From contig CAVSGI010000009.1 of assembly GCA_963727445.1 (NCBI GenBank), positions 832,001 to 896,000 on the forward strand: a stretch of 64,000 nucleotides of DNA, given 5' to 3'. Both the position numbers and the translations under genes were made by a program. Each line of letters opens with the position of its first letter. Within the stretch, counting starts at the first letter, position 1. Positions 38,458 to 51,022 of the stretch are shown here, in pieces. Origin of the DNA: an uncultured delta proteobacterium (GTDB lineage Bacteria; Myxococcota_A; Polyangia; Polyangiales; B10-G4). Under the pieces are notes generated by a model, which was not told the DNA's origin, searched no databases, and was given only the letters and a program-made list of their open reading frames with translations.

Positions 38458-38955
38458 ATGACCGCAGGCGAGATTTGCGTTCGGGAGGTCGTGTTCATCA
38501 CTCCCGGAGAGAACGTGTCCACCGCCGCGCGGCTGATGCACGAGCATCATGTCGGCTGTCTGGTGGTCGTGAAGGACGATGCGAGCGCGCGTACCCCGAT
38601 CGGGATCGTCACCGATCGCGATATCGCGGTTCGAACGATCGGGCGGGGGGTCGAGACGCCCGGCAGAGTGCCGGTGAAAGAGATCATGACGGCCGAACCG
38701 GTGGTCGTCTCGGCCGCCATCTCGGCCCAGGACGCCCTCAAGCGGATGCGGCATCGGGGTGTGCGCCGTGTGCCGGTGGTCGACGAGACCGGAGCCATCG
38801 TCGGCCTCCTCAGCTTCGACGACCTGCTCGAGTGGCTCGCGGTACAGTTCCTCGATCTGTCTCGCGTGCTCTCGCGAGAGCAGCGGATCGAGAAACAGGA
38901 GACGATGCCGCCGGCGATGCAGCGCGTGGCGGGAGGGTCGCGGCCGCGAGGATAG
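38458..38955 (+). CDS. CBS domain protein
   Basis: AARLMHEHHVGCLVV, GIVTDRDI, GVRRVPVV; GGAGG RBS. Confidence 0.92.
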   Translation: MTAGEICVREVVFITPGENVSTAARLMHEHHVGCLVVVKDDASARTPIGIVTDRDIAVRTIGRGVETPGRVPVKEIMTAEPVVVSAAISAQDALKRMRHRGVRRVPVVDETGAIVGLLSFDDLLEWLAVQFLDLSRVLSREQRIEKQETMPPAMQRVAGGSRPRG

Positions 38956-38985
38956 GGTTGTCCCTCACACGACGGCTTCTACGGG

Positions 38986-39207
38986 ATGGATATGCCCGCG
39001 AAGCCGACCCAATCCAACGAGCCCTCTGAGCCCCACCAGCCCGAGTCACCCGAGCGTCATCGATATCGAAAGCACCGTCACAAGCACTACCGGCGACATC
39101 ATCACCTCGACCCGAGCATCGCCATCCCGGAGATCGAGCCACCGGAGATCGATTTCCCCGAGATCGAGCTGCCCGCGGTCGAGCCGGACCGCGAGCCTCA
39201 TCCCTGA
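38986..39207 (+). CDS. Small His/Arg-rich plus PEI-repeat protein
   Basis: 73-aa ORF filling the gap between the CBS and MFS genes; strongly patterned composition. Confidence 0.45.
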   Translation: MDMPAKPTQSNEPSEPHQPESPERHRYRKHRHKHYRRHHHLDPSIAIPEIEPPEIDFPEIELPAVEPDREPHP

Positions 39208-40631
39208 AGGCGCGCCGCAGAGGTACCGCGGGAGAGCGACGCCAGCGCCCCCAGCGTCGCGACGGGGATGACCGCGAGGCACACGGTGTGAAAGCCGCGG
39301 GCGAGGGCTTCGGCGTCGGCGCTCCGTGGAACGTGAGCGAGCGTCCCGATGCTTCCATCGGTGACGAAGTGGGCGAGGATGGTGCCGGCGAGCACGATCC
39401 CCGACGACTGTCCGAGGAAGCGGAAGAGGGCGATCAGACCGCTGGCGACGCCGCGATCGCGCGCGGGCGCTGCGTTCATGATGGCGTTGTTGTTCGGCGC
39501 CAGGAAGGAACCGAGGCCCAGACCGATGAGCGCGACGCGCCACAGGACGTTCGGAACGGACGTGCTGGCATCCACCCGTGAAAGCAGACCCGCTGCGCAC
39601 CCCGCGAGGATTAGGCCCATCGTCGTGAGGCCGCGCGACCCGATGCGATCGGAGAGGCGCCCGGCGATGGGGGAGGTCAGCATGATCGAGAGCGGCAGCG
39701 GGAGCATGTAGAGCCCCGCCTGTTCGGTGGTCTGCCCGCGGAGCGCTACCCAATAGAAGGGAAGCGAGAAGACCATCGACACCAGCGACATGGTGCCGAG
39801 CAGCCCGGCGATCTGTCCGGCGACGAAGGGACGGATGGACAGCAGCGCGGGATCGACGATGGGTGCCGGCGCCCGTGACTGCCACCAGGTGAAGGAGGCG
39901 AGGGCGACGACGCCGATCCCGGCGGCCGTGATCGTGGCGCCGTTCGTCCAACCCCACTCGGGGCCACGGCTCACCGCCATCAGTACGCCCACCAGGCCGA
40001 CCAGAAGGAGTGCCGCGCCGAACCAGTCGATGTGGCGCTGTTCGGCGCTCGGCGCGAGCGCGGGGAGCACTCGCCACGCGAGGAGCGAGCCCACGATCGC
40101 CACCGGCACGTTGACCCAGAAGATCGCGTGCCACGACAAGCGCGTCACCAGGAAGCCCCCGAGGACCGGGCCGATCGCCGCCCCGCCGCTGATGAGGATC
40201 GACTGGACGCCCATGGCGACTCCGCGCTTCCCGGCGGGGAAGACGTCACTCAAGATCGCCAGCGTGTTGCTCGTGATCAGCGCCCCGCCGACGGCCTGCG
40301 CCACGCGCGCTCCGATGAGCATGGGGATGCTGCCGCTCGCCGCCGCGAGAAGGCTCGCCGAGCCGAAGGCGCCCAGGCCGACGATGTAGAGGCGCTTGCG
40401 CCCGAAGACGTCGGAGAGCCTGCCCAGGGTCGGCACGAGCCCGATCATCGTCAGCGAGTAGGCGATGACCGTCCACTCGAGGTCCGGCACCGTGGCGTGC
40501 AGGTCCACCGCCATCGTCGGCAGCGCGATGTTCACGATGGTGACGTCCACCACCACCATGAATTGCCCGATCGCGACCGCGAGCAGTGACCACCAAGGGC
40601 TGCGCGAGTCGCCGCTGGTGGGGGCCTGCAT
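39198..40631 (-). CDS. MFS DHA2 (EmrB/QacA) efflux transporter
   Basis: DVTIVNIALP, GRLSDVFGRKR, GPVLGG, W..IFWVNVP. Confidence 0.94.
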   Translation of the reverse strand: MQAPTSGDSRSPWWSLLAVAIGQFMVVVDVTIVNIALPTMAVDLHATVPDLEWTVIAYSLTMIGLVPTLGRLSDVFGRKRLYIVGLGAFGSASLLAAASGSIPMLIGARVAQAVGGALITSNTLAILSDVFPAGKRGVAMGVQSILISGGAAIGPVLGGFLVTRLSWHAIFWVNVPVAIVGSLLAWRVLPALAPSAEQRHIDWFGAALLLVGLVGVLMAVSRGPEWGWTNGATITAAGIGVVALASFTWWQSRAPAPIVDPALLSIRPFVAGQIAGLLGTMSLVSMVFSLPFYWVALRGQTTEQAGLYMLPLPLSIMLTSPIAGRLSDRIGSRGLTTMGLILAGCAAGLLSRVDASTSVPNVLWRVALIGLGLGSFLAPNNNAIMNAAPARDRGVASGLIALFRFLGQSSGIVLAGTILAHFVTDGSIGTLAHVPRSADAEALARGFHTVCLAVIPVATLGALASLSRGTSAARLQG

Positions 40632-40775
40632 GGGGCGGGAGCTTGCCACGTGTCACGACGGCCGTGGGTCCCGGGCGCGCTCGCGAAGCGACCATGCTTT
40701 GGGGCTGTTGACACCCGAGAGAGGCATGATTAGCGGTGAATTCAGCCCAGAAACGACACCTGAGAGGTTCGGACC

Positions 40776-41532
40776 ATGGTTCTCGTCACCACGCGACAGC
40801 CATTCATCCCTGCCCCCGTGACCGAGGCCCTCCGCGAGCAGGGCGTCGTCTCGCAGATCGTCGCCAGCGGCAGCACCGACGGCGATCTGATCGACCATGC
40901 CTGGGAGGCGCGACCCTCGCACATCGTCGCCATACCCAGTCTCCCTACCCTCGCAGATGCCCCTCCCATGCCGGGAGACGACGCTCTGCTCGCGGAGGCC
41001 CTCTCGGCGTGCGCTTCGCCGGCTCGGCCGCAACTGATCTGGGTCACGGCCGCCCCAGAGGGGGCGAAGGAGCTCACGGAGATCCGTCGGGCAGGGGTGA
41101 CCTACACCATCGTGCGCGTTGGCCGCGTGGTGCGGCCGAGCGACCTCGTTTCGGTGCCGATTCGGGATACGGAGGTCCTGGTCCCCGCAGATCTCGAGGT
41201 GCCGGAAGAGGGCCTGACGTTCCGTCGCCTCCATCGCGTCTGCGGTTGCCGAAGCGGTCGGGGACGAGGCCCTCGCCGGGCGGACGCTCGATCGTGTCGC
41301 GCGGGGCGAAGACGCCTGGATGCGCGTCGTGGAGAGCCACGGTGCTCGCGCGCGCGGCGTCAGCCGCGGCCGCGCGCGGTGGTCACGCTTCTGGGGCGGG
41401 CGCGTGTTGGCGCTCGCCGACGCTCGAAACACGACGAGGGCCCCGGCCGAGGCCGGGGTGGCCCCCGGCCCCGCTCTCGGGTCACCTGTGCTTTCGACCG
41501 AGGAGCACGTCGAAACGAGGGCCGGGGCGTGA
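40776..41532 (+). CDS. Hypothetical protein (possible degenerate Rossmann fold), frameshifted near 41222
   Basis: Protein-like until EGLTF, then continues in another frame (VASIASAVAEAV..) into the 41320-41532 ORF. Confidence 0.55.
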
Positions 41533-41561
41533 ATCGACCGCGAACGAGAAAGGAGGAAACG

Positions 41562-42002
41562 ATGGAGAGCTTGGTAGGACTCGACTGGTCGGAGTTGGCG
41601 AAAGGGACGATCGCGCCGGTGGGCGATTGGGCGATTGACGGTGGGCCCCCACCTCTGGACGAGGCCCTCGCGGAGCTCGACGAAGCGGTCTACGCAGAGC
41701 CGGATCGCGTTCGCACGCTCCTGGTCGCCGTCGAGGAGGCCATCGCCGAGCACCTCTCGTCGATGAGCACGGCCGAGCCGTACCTCGACGTGGCCCTGTC
41801 GACGGGCCGCCATGCCCGGCGCCTCGAGCGGGTGCGTGAGCGCTACGCGTCGCTCGCGGAGGAGTGCGAACGCCTGCGCGAGAGCGAATCGCTCACGCTC
41901 CACGGCGTTCGCAAGCTCAGCGCGCGAATCGCGAAGCTCCAACAAGAGGAGAGTGATCTCATCCTCGAAGCGTTGTGGACCGACGTGGGGGCGGTGGACT
42001 GA
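41562..42002 (+). CDS. Hypothetical helical (hemerythrin-like?) protein
   Basis: Strong AAAGGAGG RBS; helical acidic sequence ending TDVGAVD. Confidence 0.7.
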   Translation: MESLVGLDWSELAKGTIAPVGDWAIDGGPPPLDEALAELDEAVYAEPDRVRTLLVAVEEAIAEHLSSMSTAEPYLDVALSTGRHARRLERVRERYASLAEECERLRESESLTLHGVRKLSARIAKLQQEESDLILEALWTDVGAVD

Positions 42003-42015
42003 GGGCGTCCTCGGC

Positions 42016-43826
42016 TCAGAGTGAATCCCGGAACGCCCTCAGCCGCTCTCGCTCGTCCCCATCGAGCGCGTCGCCGGCGAGGGCTTCGTCCACCACGTGC
42101 CGTGACTCGGCGCCGTAGACCGTGGTCAAGAGGCGTTGGGCCTGCCGGCCGACGTGGCCGTGGCCGGAGAGGAGCGCGAGGTTTCGGCTCATCAGCGGGT
42201 CGTTCTTCACGTTGGGGTCGAGGCTGTAGGCGCGCTCGTAGCGCTCGATGGCGTCAGGTCGCCAGCCGCGCGAGTAGTACCCGTGGCCGAGCAGGAGAAA
42301 GACCCGCGCGTCGTCGCGGTTGCGCTGGGCGTAGCGGCGCAGCGTTCGGTGAGCCGAGTTGCTCATCTCGCGGCCGCTGCGGATGGCGCGGCGGATCGAA
42401 GCGAGAGTCCGCGGGACGGGCGGCTCCCAGGGATTGCCGTTCGCCTCGACGGCCGGTGCGACGGTTGGGACCGGCTCCTCGGCCGTGTCCTGCTCTTCCT
42501 CACCCGCCAGCGCTTCCGCCACACGGGCGATGGCGCCCTCGAACCCGTCGTCCTCCTCGGCGGTCTCTTCCCCGGCCTCCGCGGACCGGGTGACGGTGCC
42601 GTCGTCGCCATGCGCTGCAGGCGGGGGACGGCCGGCGGCGTGACCGGCGCTTCGTCCCCGCCGTTCGCCATCGGCGCCGCGGTCGCTTCGTCCTCGCCGA
42701 CGAGGTTGATCACGAAGAGCGCCGCGACCGTCAGCCCCGCGAGCACGGTCGCCGCCGCACCCAGCGCGATCAGCGACAGGCCGCGGCGCGACGGGCGCTT
42801 CGCCACGTCGGTGGCGGCCGCCGAGCTCTGCCCGGTGTCGGCGATGGCCGTCGGCGCGTGCGCGGGATCCGAGGCCGCGTGGGGAGCCGGCCGTCCCGCC
42901 GCGGTGGGCGCGCGGCTGGGCCGCGCCATGTCGCCTTTCGGCACCGGCGTCCCGGTGACGAGGGTCTCGAGTCGGCAGAACGCCTCCAGCATCTCGCCTG
43001 CGTTCGCGAACCGCTCGCCGGCCTCCTTGGCGGTGGCCTTTTCGAGGAAGGCGACGAGCGCCGGTGATGCCGACAGGCCCGGGCAGACGCGGTCGATTCG
43101 AAGGCAGGGGCGTCACGAGGTGGTGTCGGATCAAGTCGACCGGCTCCCCGCGATAGGGCCGCTCTCCGGTGAGCATCTCGAAGAGGACGATTCCGGCGCT
43201 GTAGACGTCGCTCGGCGCCTCACCCCCCTGACCGGTCCCCTGCTCCGGGGACATGTAGGCCGGTGTTCCCACGATGGTGCCGGTCTTGGTCAGCGCCGGT
43301 CCCGCGCGACCCACGCGCTCCCCCGCGACGAACTTGGCGAGACCGAAGTCGAGGAGCTTCACGTGCACCGGCGCGTCGCTCATGCGCTGCAGGAACACGT
43401 TGGCCGGTTTGAGGTCGCGATGGGCCAGGCCCTTGCTGTGAGCGAAGGAGAGCGCGCGAAGCGTCTGCTCGAAGATGAGCCGAACGCGCCCGGGATCGAG
43501 GGGCGCGCCCTGCGCGATCACCTCGTCGAGGGCTTCCCCTCGAGGAGCTCCATCACCAGGTAGGGCACGTTGTCGACGAGGCCATAGTCGGTGACCGTGA
43601 CGATGTGCGGGTGGGCCATCGCGGCGTGGTTCTTGGCCTCGCGCTCGAAGCGCAGGCGCAGCTCCTCGCTCTCGCCGAACTCGGGCAGCAGCACCTTGAC
43701 CGCCACCGGGCGTTCGAGCTTGAGGTGGGTCGCGCGATAGACCGTCCCCATGCCGCCCTCGCCAATCGGCTCGAGCAGCCGGTAGCGACCGTCGAGAACA
43801 CTGCCTGGTTCGTACGACGTCCTCAC
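42016..43826 (-). CDS. Membrane Ser/Thr protein kinase with TPR-like C-terminus; 3 frameshifts (about 43535, 43098, 42625)
   Basis: IGEGGMGTVY, VAVK, HRDLKPAN, DFGLA, GTPAYMSPE spread over frames; TM segment then TPR-like region. Confidence 0.88.
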
Positions 43827-43891
43827 GTGCGACGGATTCTATCCCATGGCCGGCGGGGCGGATTCGAACGCGATACCCCGGGCCTCTCGGC

Positions 43892-45098
43892 CTACGGAGT
43901 CACGGTGGTCACGCCCACGGTGCAGGTGGCATCCACGTCCGGATCCCCACCCTCCGGTCAGGACCGTGTAGGTGCCGCTCGTCGGGCAATCGAACTCCGC
44001 GTAGCTGCAGTAGTCGCCGCAGCCGTCATCGTCGTTGGCCAGCGCGGTGCGCGAGCCGCAGGGCTCGGTGCCCTCACAGACGCGGAGCACGGTGTCGCCG
44101 ACGCAGGTGCCGAGCATGCAGCCCATCCCGCAACCGACGCCGATCCGCTCGCCGGGCGTACAGGTCCGGCCCGCCGTCCCTTCGATGGCGAAGCCGCAGT
44201 TGCGCCACACGCCGGTCTGGATGCCTTCGCAGGTCAGGGTGGGGTCCGGATCGGGCATGTCGGGCGCGATGGTCACCGGGATCTCGGCGACGTTGTTGGT
44301 GTAGTCGAGCTCGGTGAGGATCATCGTCTCGTTGAGCGCGAGGCGCAGCGTGTAGTCGCCCGGTGCCACGTCGGTGACGTCGACCCACTGACAGTCGAGG
44401 CTCGCGTCGTAGTTGTCGGCCCATCCCCGCTGGATGCCCTGATTGTCGCAATCGTACTGTTCGGTGCGCCGCACCGTCGGGTCGTCGGTGATGTACTGCT
44501 CGGAGTCGAGGAGGCAGAACGCCTGCTTGTGCCCGAAGCCCACCTCGGTCCCGCTCGCGTCCCTGAGGGTGTAGTCGGCGTAGCCGTTGAAGTGGTAGTG
44601 CATGTGACAGTCCGAGTAGACGAAGGAGGGGTTGTCGTCGCTCGGCGCGCCCAGGTGCAGGTCCCCGGTGCCGATGTTGGGTGTCACGGTGTCGAAGCGG
44701 AGCAGCCGGCGCCAACCCGACTCGCTCACGCAGCCTTCGACCACCGCACAGTGATCGGGCTCGAAGTAGGCCCACTCCACGTGGGCGGTCTCCATGGCGC
44801 GGTCGGGGAGGACGGTCAGGTCGGGCAGCGGGCATTCACCCTCGCTGGTCGCGGTCACGCACTCCCATCCGAGGCCCGCGGGGCAACACAGATCGCCAGC
44901 GGTGCCGCAGTCGGCGCCGCAGGGGCTGGCTTCGGGTGAGGTGTCGGCGCTGGTGTCGGGGCTGCCGGTGTCGGGCGGCGCGGTGTCGAGCGCCGCATCC
45001 ATGCCCGAATCCATCGGTGGCGCATCATCGTCTCCGCAGGCGCCGAGGGTCAGTACCAGGAGACCGATCGCCATGGGGGCGAGATGCTTCTTCTTCAC
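43892..45098 (-). CDS. Lysyl oxidase family lipoprotein with C-terminal PPC-like domain; probable frameshift near 43940
   Basis: GACGDD lipobox; RRLLRFD, CHMHYHF, GHKQAFCL, QGIQRGWADNY..LDCQWVDVTDV, ELDYTNN. Confidence 0.9.
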
Positions 45099-45205
45099 GT
45101 CCCGAGGATCCTCCCAAAGGCGGGCCTCGCGCAAGCGGATCGATGCGCCCGTGAACCCGATGGGCGGGATCGGGGCGGCGCTTCGGGTGTACGCTCCGAG
45201 GCCCG

Positions 45206-46243
45206 ATGCTCTTCCGCCAGCTCTTCGACCGCGAGTCCTGCACCTACACCTACCTCCTGGCTTCCGCGCCCGGCCGCGAGGCGATCTTGATCGATCCCGT
45301 TCTGAGGAACGTCGATCGCTACCTGAAGCTCCTCGAGGAGCTCGAGCTCCGCCTGGTGAAGGCGGTGGATACCCACGTGCATGCCGATCACGTGACCGGC
45401 CTCGGCGCGCTCCGGGATCACACCAGGTGCGTGACGGTGATGGGCGCCGAGAGCGCCGTGGACGTGGTGAGCGTGCGCGTCAGCGACGGAGACGGCGTGA
45501 CCTGTGACGGCGTTCGGATCGAAGCGATGTACACGCCAGGCCACACCGACGACAGTTACAGCTTTCGCATGAACGACCGCGTGTTCACCGGCGACACGCT
45601 GCTGATACGCGGTACGGGGCGTACCGACTTCCAGAACGGTGATCCGCGGGCGCAGTATCACTCGCTCTTCGAGCGGCTGCTGAAGCTGCCTGACGACACC
45701 CAGGTCTATCCGGCGCACGACTACAAGGGAGACACCGTCAGCACCATCGCCGAAGAGCGGCGGTTCAATCCCCGGCTTCAGGTGAGCTCCGTCGACGAGT
45801 ACGTCGAGCTGATGAACAACCTCGACCTGCCCAACCCGAAGATGATGGACGTCGCGGTCCCTGCCAACGTTCGGATCGGGCTGAGTCAGGCGGACCTACG
45901 CGCGCGCGGCTGGTCGATCGACGTGGACAGCGCGGTGGACGTGAAGGACGACGTGCTCTTCGTGGACCTGCGCGAGGCGTCGGAGAGGAAGCGTCACGGC
46001 GCGCTCGTAGGCGCGGTGCACTTTCCCTACGGCGAGCTCGAGGCCGGGCTCTCGTCGGGAGGAACGCTCCGCAAGTTGATGGAGCGCCACGAGGGGCCGG
46101 TCGTCTTCTACTGCGCTTTCGGGGAGCGGTCGGCCATGGCTACCGAGCGGGCTCACTCCCAGGGCCTCGACGCGGCCCTGAATCTCGAGGGCGGCATCGA
46201 CGCCTGGAAGTCGGCCGGACACACGGTCGAGCCGGTCACCTGA
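45206..46243 (+). CDS. Persulfide dioxygenase (ETHE1-like)-rhodanese fusion
   Basis: THVHADH, TPGHT, GTGRTDFQNG, PAHDYKG; rhodanese DLRE..YCAFGERS..LEGGIDAW. Confidence 0.92.
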   Translation: MLFRQLFDRESCTYTYLLASAPGREAILIDPVLRNVDRYLKLLEELELRLVKAVDTHVHADHVTGLGALRDHTRCVTVMGAESAVDVVSVRVSDGDGVTCDGVRIEAMYTPGHTDDSYSFRMNDRVFTGDTLLIRGTGRTDFQNGDPRAQYHSLFERLLKLPDDTQVYPAHDYKGDTVSTIAEERRFNPRLQVSSVDEYVELMNNLDLPNPKMMDVAVPANVRIGLSQADLRARGWSIDVDSAVDVKDDVLFVDLREASERKRHGALVGAVHFPYGELEAGLSSGGTLRKLMERHEGPVVFYCAFGERSAMATERAHSQGLDAALNLEGGIDAWKSAGHTVEPVT

Positions 46244-47468
46244 GGCGGCGCGCGAGGCCCATCGCCACCACCCCCGCGCCCACCAGCGCGATCACGGGAC
46301 CTATCACCATCCCGTTGTCGCCCCCGAGGAACGACGCGAAGATACCGAGCAGAACCAGGCTGGCGCCCGCCGCTACTGCGATCTCCGAGGAGGTCGTGCC
46401 CTTACGGCCTTTCGCCTTCGTGCGCTGCTTCTTCTGAGCGGCCGGGTTCGAGGACGCCGCGCTCGAGTCCGCGCGCTCCAGCGCATCGAGCGCGGGTGCG
46501 GACTGAGGGTCGTCGAGGATCACCGGCGGCACGCGCTCGGTCTTCCGTGGATCGAAATCGATCAGCAACGGCTCGACCGACGCTTCGTCCACCAGCTTCC
46601 CCGACACGTCCGGATGCGCGACGCCGACGGAGTCGTGCTGGTGATACCGCACCAGGTCTGTGAGGAGCTGCTTGACGGTCTGGTATCGGTCGGCCGGGTC
46701 GAGTCGCGTGCACTTGCGCACAATCCGCACCAGCCCCTCGGGGCTGTCCTTCAGCTCCTCGAGCGGCAACAGATCTTCGCCCGCCAGGAGCCGATGGCGG
46801 CCACAGAGGAGGAAATAGAGCACGCGGCCGAGTGAGAAGACGTCCGAGCGGGGATCGATTTGGTCGCCGACCTTGGCTTCGGGCGACGCGTAGGTGTGAA
46901 AGGCATTGGGGTCGGCGGAGTCACCGGAGGTACCGAGGAGGAGGTTCGTACCGGAGGCGCCCGCGATCCACGGGGTGCCGTCTTCGTCGAGGAGGACGGC
47001 GGCCGGGCTGAGGGCGCCGTGGGTGATCCCCGCGTCGTGCAGGTGCTCGACCGCCTCCGCCACGGTCGCGAAGACGACGAGCTTCTGTCCGAGCTCCCAA
47101 GACCGTTCGTCTGCGAGGCTTCCCCCCGTGCAGAGGCGCGTGGTGAAAGCCGTTCGGTCGGCAGCGAGAGACACCGGCTTGGCGACGTTCGCGGGGCTCT
47201 TGCCGCGGAGCGCCGACACGAAGGCGTCGAGTCGCTGCTCGAATGTGCCCTTGGCCTCCTGCGTCACGCGCGCTCCGAGCACGTGCACCGCGACCTCTTC
47301 CGAGCGGAGCTGGCCGCGGAAGCAATAGCCGAGCAGGCCGGTGCTGAGCCGCTCGACGAGCTCCGCGTCCGCTCTCACTTCGCCGGGCTGCGGACCCTCC
47401 GATGCAGGCGTCACCGCCTTCAGCGCCGAGATGGAGCCGAAGATACTCGGGAGCTCGTCGTCAGCCAT
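46236..47468 (-). CDS. Degenerate protein kinase (pseudokinase) with two C-terminal TMs
   Basis: HGALSPAAVLL, YASPE, RSDVFSLG, DPADRY; lacks HRD, DFG and VAxK. Confidence 0.78.
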   Translation of the reverse strand: MADDELPSIFGSISALKAVTPASEGPQPGEVRADAELVERLSTGLLGYCFRGQLRSEEVAVHVLGARVTQEAKGTFEQRLDAFVSALRGKSPANVAKPVSLAADRTAFTTRLCTGGSLADERSWELGQKLVVFATVAEAVEHLHDAGITHGALSPAAVLLDEDGTPWIAGASGTNLLLGTSGDSADPNAFHTYASPEAKVGDQIDPRSDVFSLGRVLYFLLCGRHRLLAGEDLLPLEELKDSPEGLVRIVRKCTRLDPADRYQTVKQLLTDLVRYHQHDSVGVAHPDVSGKLVDEASVEPLLIDFDPRKTERVPPVILDDPQSAPALDALERADSSAASSNPAAQKKQRTKAKGRKGTTSSEIAVAAGASLVLLGIFASFLGGDNGMVIGPVIALVGAGVVAMGLARRLR

Positions 47469-47485
47469 GTCCGGCAAACATCATA

Positions 47486-48834
<1,349 letters not shown>

Positions 48835-48838
<4 letters not shown>

Positions 48839-50592
48839 CGCAGGTCTTCGATGACCCGCTCCCGGGCCCCCGCACCGACCTCTACCACGGCGCTCCCCGG
48901 CGCGCTGAGCGAGGGGTTCTCGAAGCGCAAGCGATGCCGCCCCGCCGAGACTTCGTATCCCTGGATCGGGGTGGTGCCGATGGGTCGTCCGTCGACGAAG
49001 ACCGTCGACCACGGGTTGGTGTTGATGTCGAGGAGCCCCGTCTCCCGGGCGCCGCGCACCTCAGCGCGCCGACCTCCCATTTCCGTTCCCGTTCCCGTTC
49101 CCGTTCCCATTCCCGCATTCGGTGTGGACGCAGTCGGCAGAGGCCCCTCTCGTTGGATATCCGGCCGTGGCCCTTCACCCCGGTGGGGTTCGTCCGCGTG
49201 GTCCGCAGGAACCGTCTCCGCCTCCGATCTCGCCCCCGGCACGGCCAACGCCTCGGCCTCGGCCTCCCCCCACGTCCTCGCCACGAAGAGGGTCATCGCC
49301 GCGAGCGCCACCAGCACCAGAGTCAGCGCGGCGTAGAGCCGACCGCGGCCACTCGGCGGCAGACGCGGAGCGTCCTGCTCACGCTCCTGGCTCCACTTCG
49401 GCGTCGGTTCGGGCTGGGGGGCCGGCTCCGGTCGTGCTTCGTTCACGGGGGGGGCCAGAGCCGCGCTCTCGGCGGTTCGATAGACGCTGAAGGGCTCGTC
49501 GGTGGGGACGGGCGCGAGCTGCATGCCCAGAAGGGCGTCGAAGGCCGCGCCGGTGTCGTTCTGTTGCGCGGGGATGGCCGGCATCGCCAGCTCGGTGGGA
49601 GCGAATGAGATGTTGTTCATCCGAACCGTCATCCCCGACCGAAGCGTCACCAGCTGCTGGCGCTCCTCGTCGACGACGGTGCGCACGAAGTCCGCCAGGT
49701 CGGCCGTCGACAAGAGGAACGCGCGCTTCATCGCGTGACGCTCGAGCTCCTGGCGCATCGCTGCAGCGGAAGGATGGCGGTCCGCGGGGTCGGGGGCGAG
49801 CGCGCGCATCACGATGGACTCGAGCTCCTCCGCGATCGCGCTCGTGAGCTCGCGGGGGCGCGGAAAGCGGCCCTCGAGGATGGCCGGGATCGAGGAAGGG
49901 TCGTCCTCGGCGATCGGCGGTCGCCCCGTCAGCATCTCGTAGAGCACCGCGCCCAGCGAATAGAGGTCGGCCCGCGGGTCCACCACCTCTCCGCGCAGCT
50001 GCTCGGGCGCCATGTAGGGCAGCTTCCCCTTCACCTCGCCCGCGATCGACGCGCTGTCCTTCATCGTGCTCTTGGCGATGCCGAAGTCGGCGACCTTCAC
50101 CTCGCCCTCGAAGGAGATCAGCAGATTGCCCGGCGAGACGTCGCGATGGACGATCGACAGAGGCTCGCCTTCACCGGACGTTCGCCGATGCGCGTAGTCG
50201 AGGCCCTTGAGTGCCTCGACGGCGATCAAGATGGCGTGGCGGTGCGGGATGGGTTGCGCCAGGCGGTCGAAGCAGATCGAGATCAGATCCGCGAGATCGA
50301 TCCCGTCGACGAACTCCATCGCCAGAAACCACCGCTCGTCGATGCGCCCCACGTCGAAGGCGGTGACCACATTGGCGTGGCTCAGGCTCATCGCCACCTT
50401 CGCCTCCTCGACGAAGAGGCGCTCCATCGCCTCGTCCATCGAGAGCGCGGGCCGCACCACCTTCAGCGCCACCGGCTTCTCGACGCCCAACGACTCCATC
50501 ACCGCTTGATAGACCTCGCCCATCCCGCCGGTGGCGATGCGGCCCACGATGCGATAACGGCCGGCCGCCCTCTGCGGAAGCAAGGAGCTCAC
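48835..50592 (-). CDS. Membrane Ser/Thr protein kinase with PEGA domain
   Basis: [51 protein letters not shown]. Confidence 0.94.
49082..49114. repeat. 6-bp coding microsatellite (GTTCCC)n
   Basis: Encodes a [10 protein letters not shown] linker in the kinase. Confidence 0.8.
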
Positions 50593-50924
50593 CTCAGAGA
50601 GCAGGTGACCGACGGCGTGAACGCGCGCGCCGGCGAGCCGCGGCGCGTGACCACCTCTTCGGTCGCTCCGCCCGCCACGTCCACCGCGTGCTGCTGGGGG
50701 TCCACGTCGGTGGAGACGAGGCAATGAGCGGCCTCGCGGCAGCTGCTCTCGATCACCACCACGTGGTTGTATCCGAGGCCCCGATAACGGGCCTCCCCGT
50801 GGTAGGCGATGCACTCGGGCGTCTGGCCCGGACTGTCGTCGTCGGCCATTCCCCGACCCCCGATCGCGAGGACCGAAAGGACGATGGCCGATAGGAGGCC
50901 GAGGAGTCGAAGACGAGAGCCCAC
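50589..50924 (-). CDS. Small secreted 4-Cys protein
   Basis: Signal peptide; EARYRGLGYNHVV; its stop overlaps the kinase GTG. Confidence 0.72.
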   Translation of the reverse strand: MGSRLRLLGLLSAIVLSVLAIGGRGMADDDSPGQTPECIAYHGEARYRGLGYNHVVVIESSCREAAHCLVSTDVDPQQHAVDVAGGATEEVVTRRGSPARAFTPSVTCSLR

Positions 50925-51022
50925 GAAATCAAAGATATTTCCCTTTCCTGAGAGTGCAAGTTCGTCGCCTTGCCCCACCCCCCGTCCACATGTAGGTTGC
51001 CGGCCTTCTCACTGAGGAATTC

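Noticed and set aside
40708..40736. Sigma70 promoter at TTGACA
   Set aside because: No convincing -10 element at the proper spacing
40776..42002. Single 408-aa ORF
   Set aside because: The middle is out-of-frame junk; it is better explained as a frameshifted gene plus a separate gene with its own RBS at 41562
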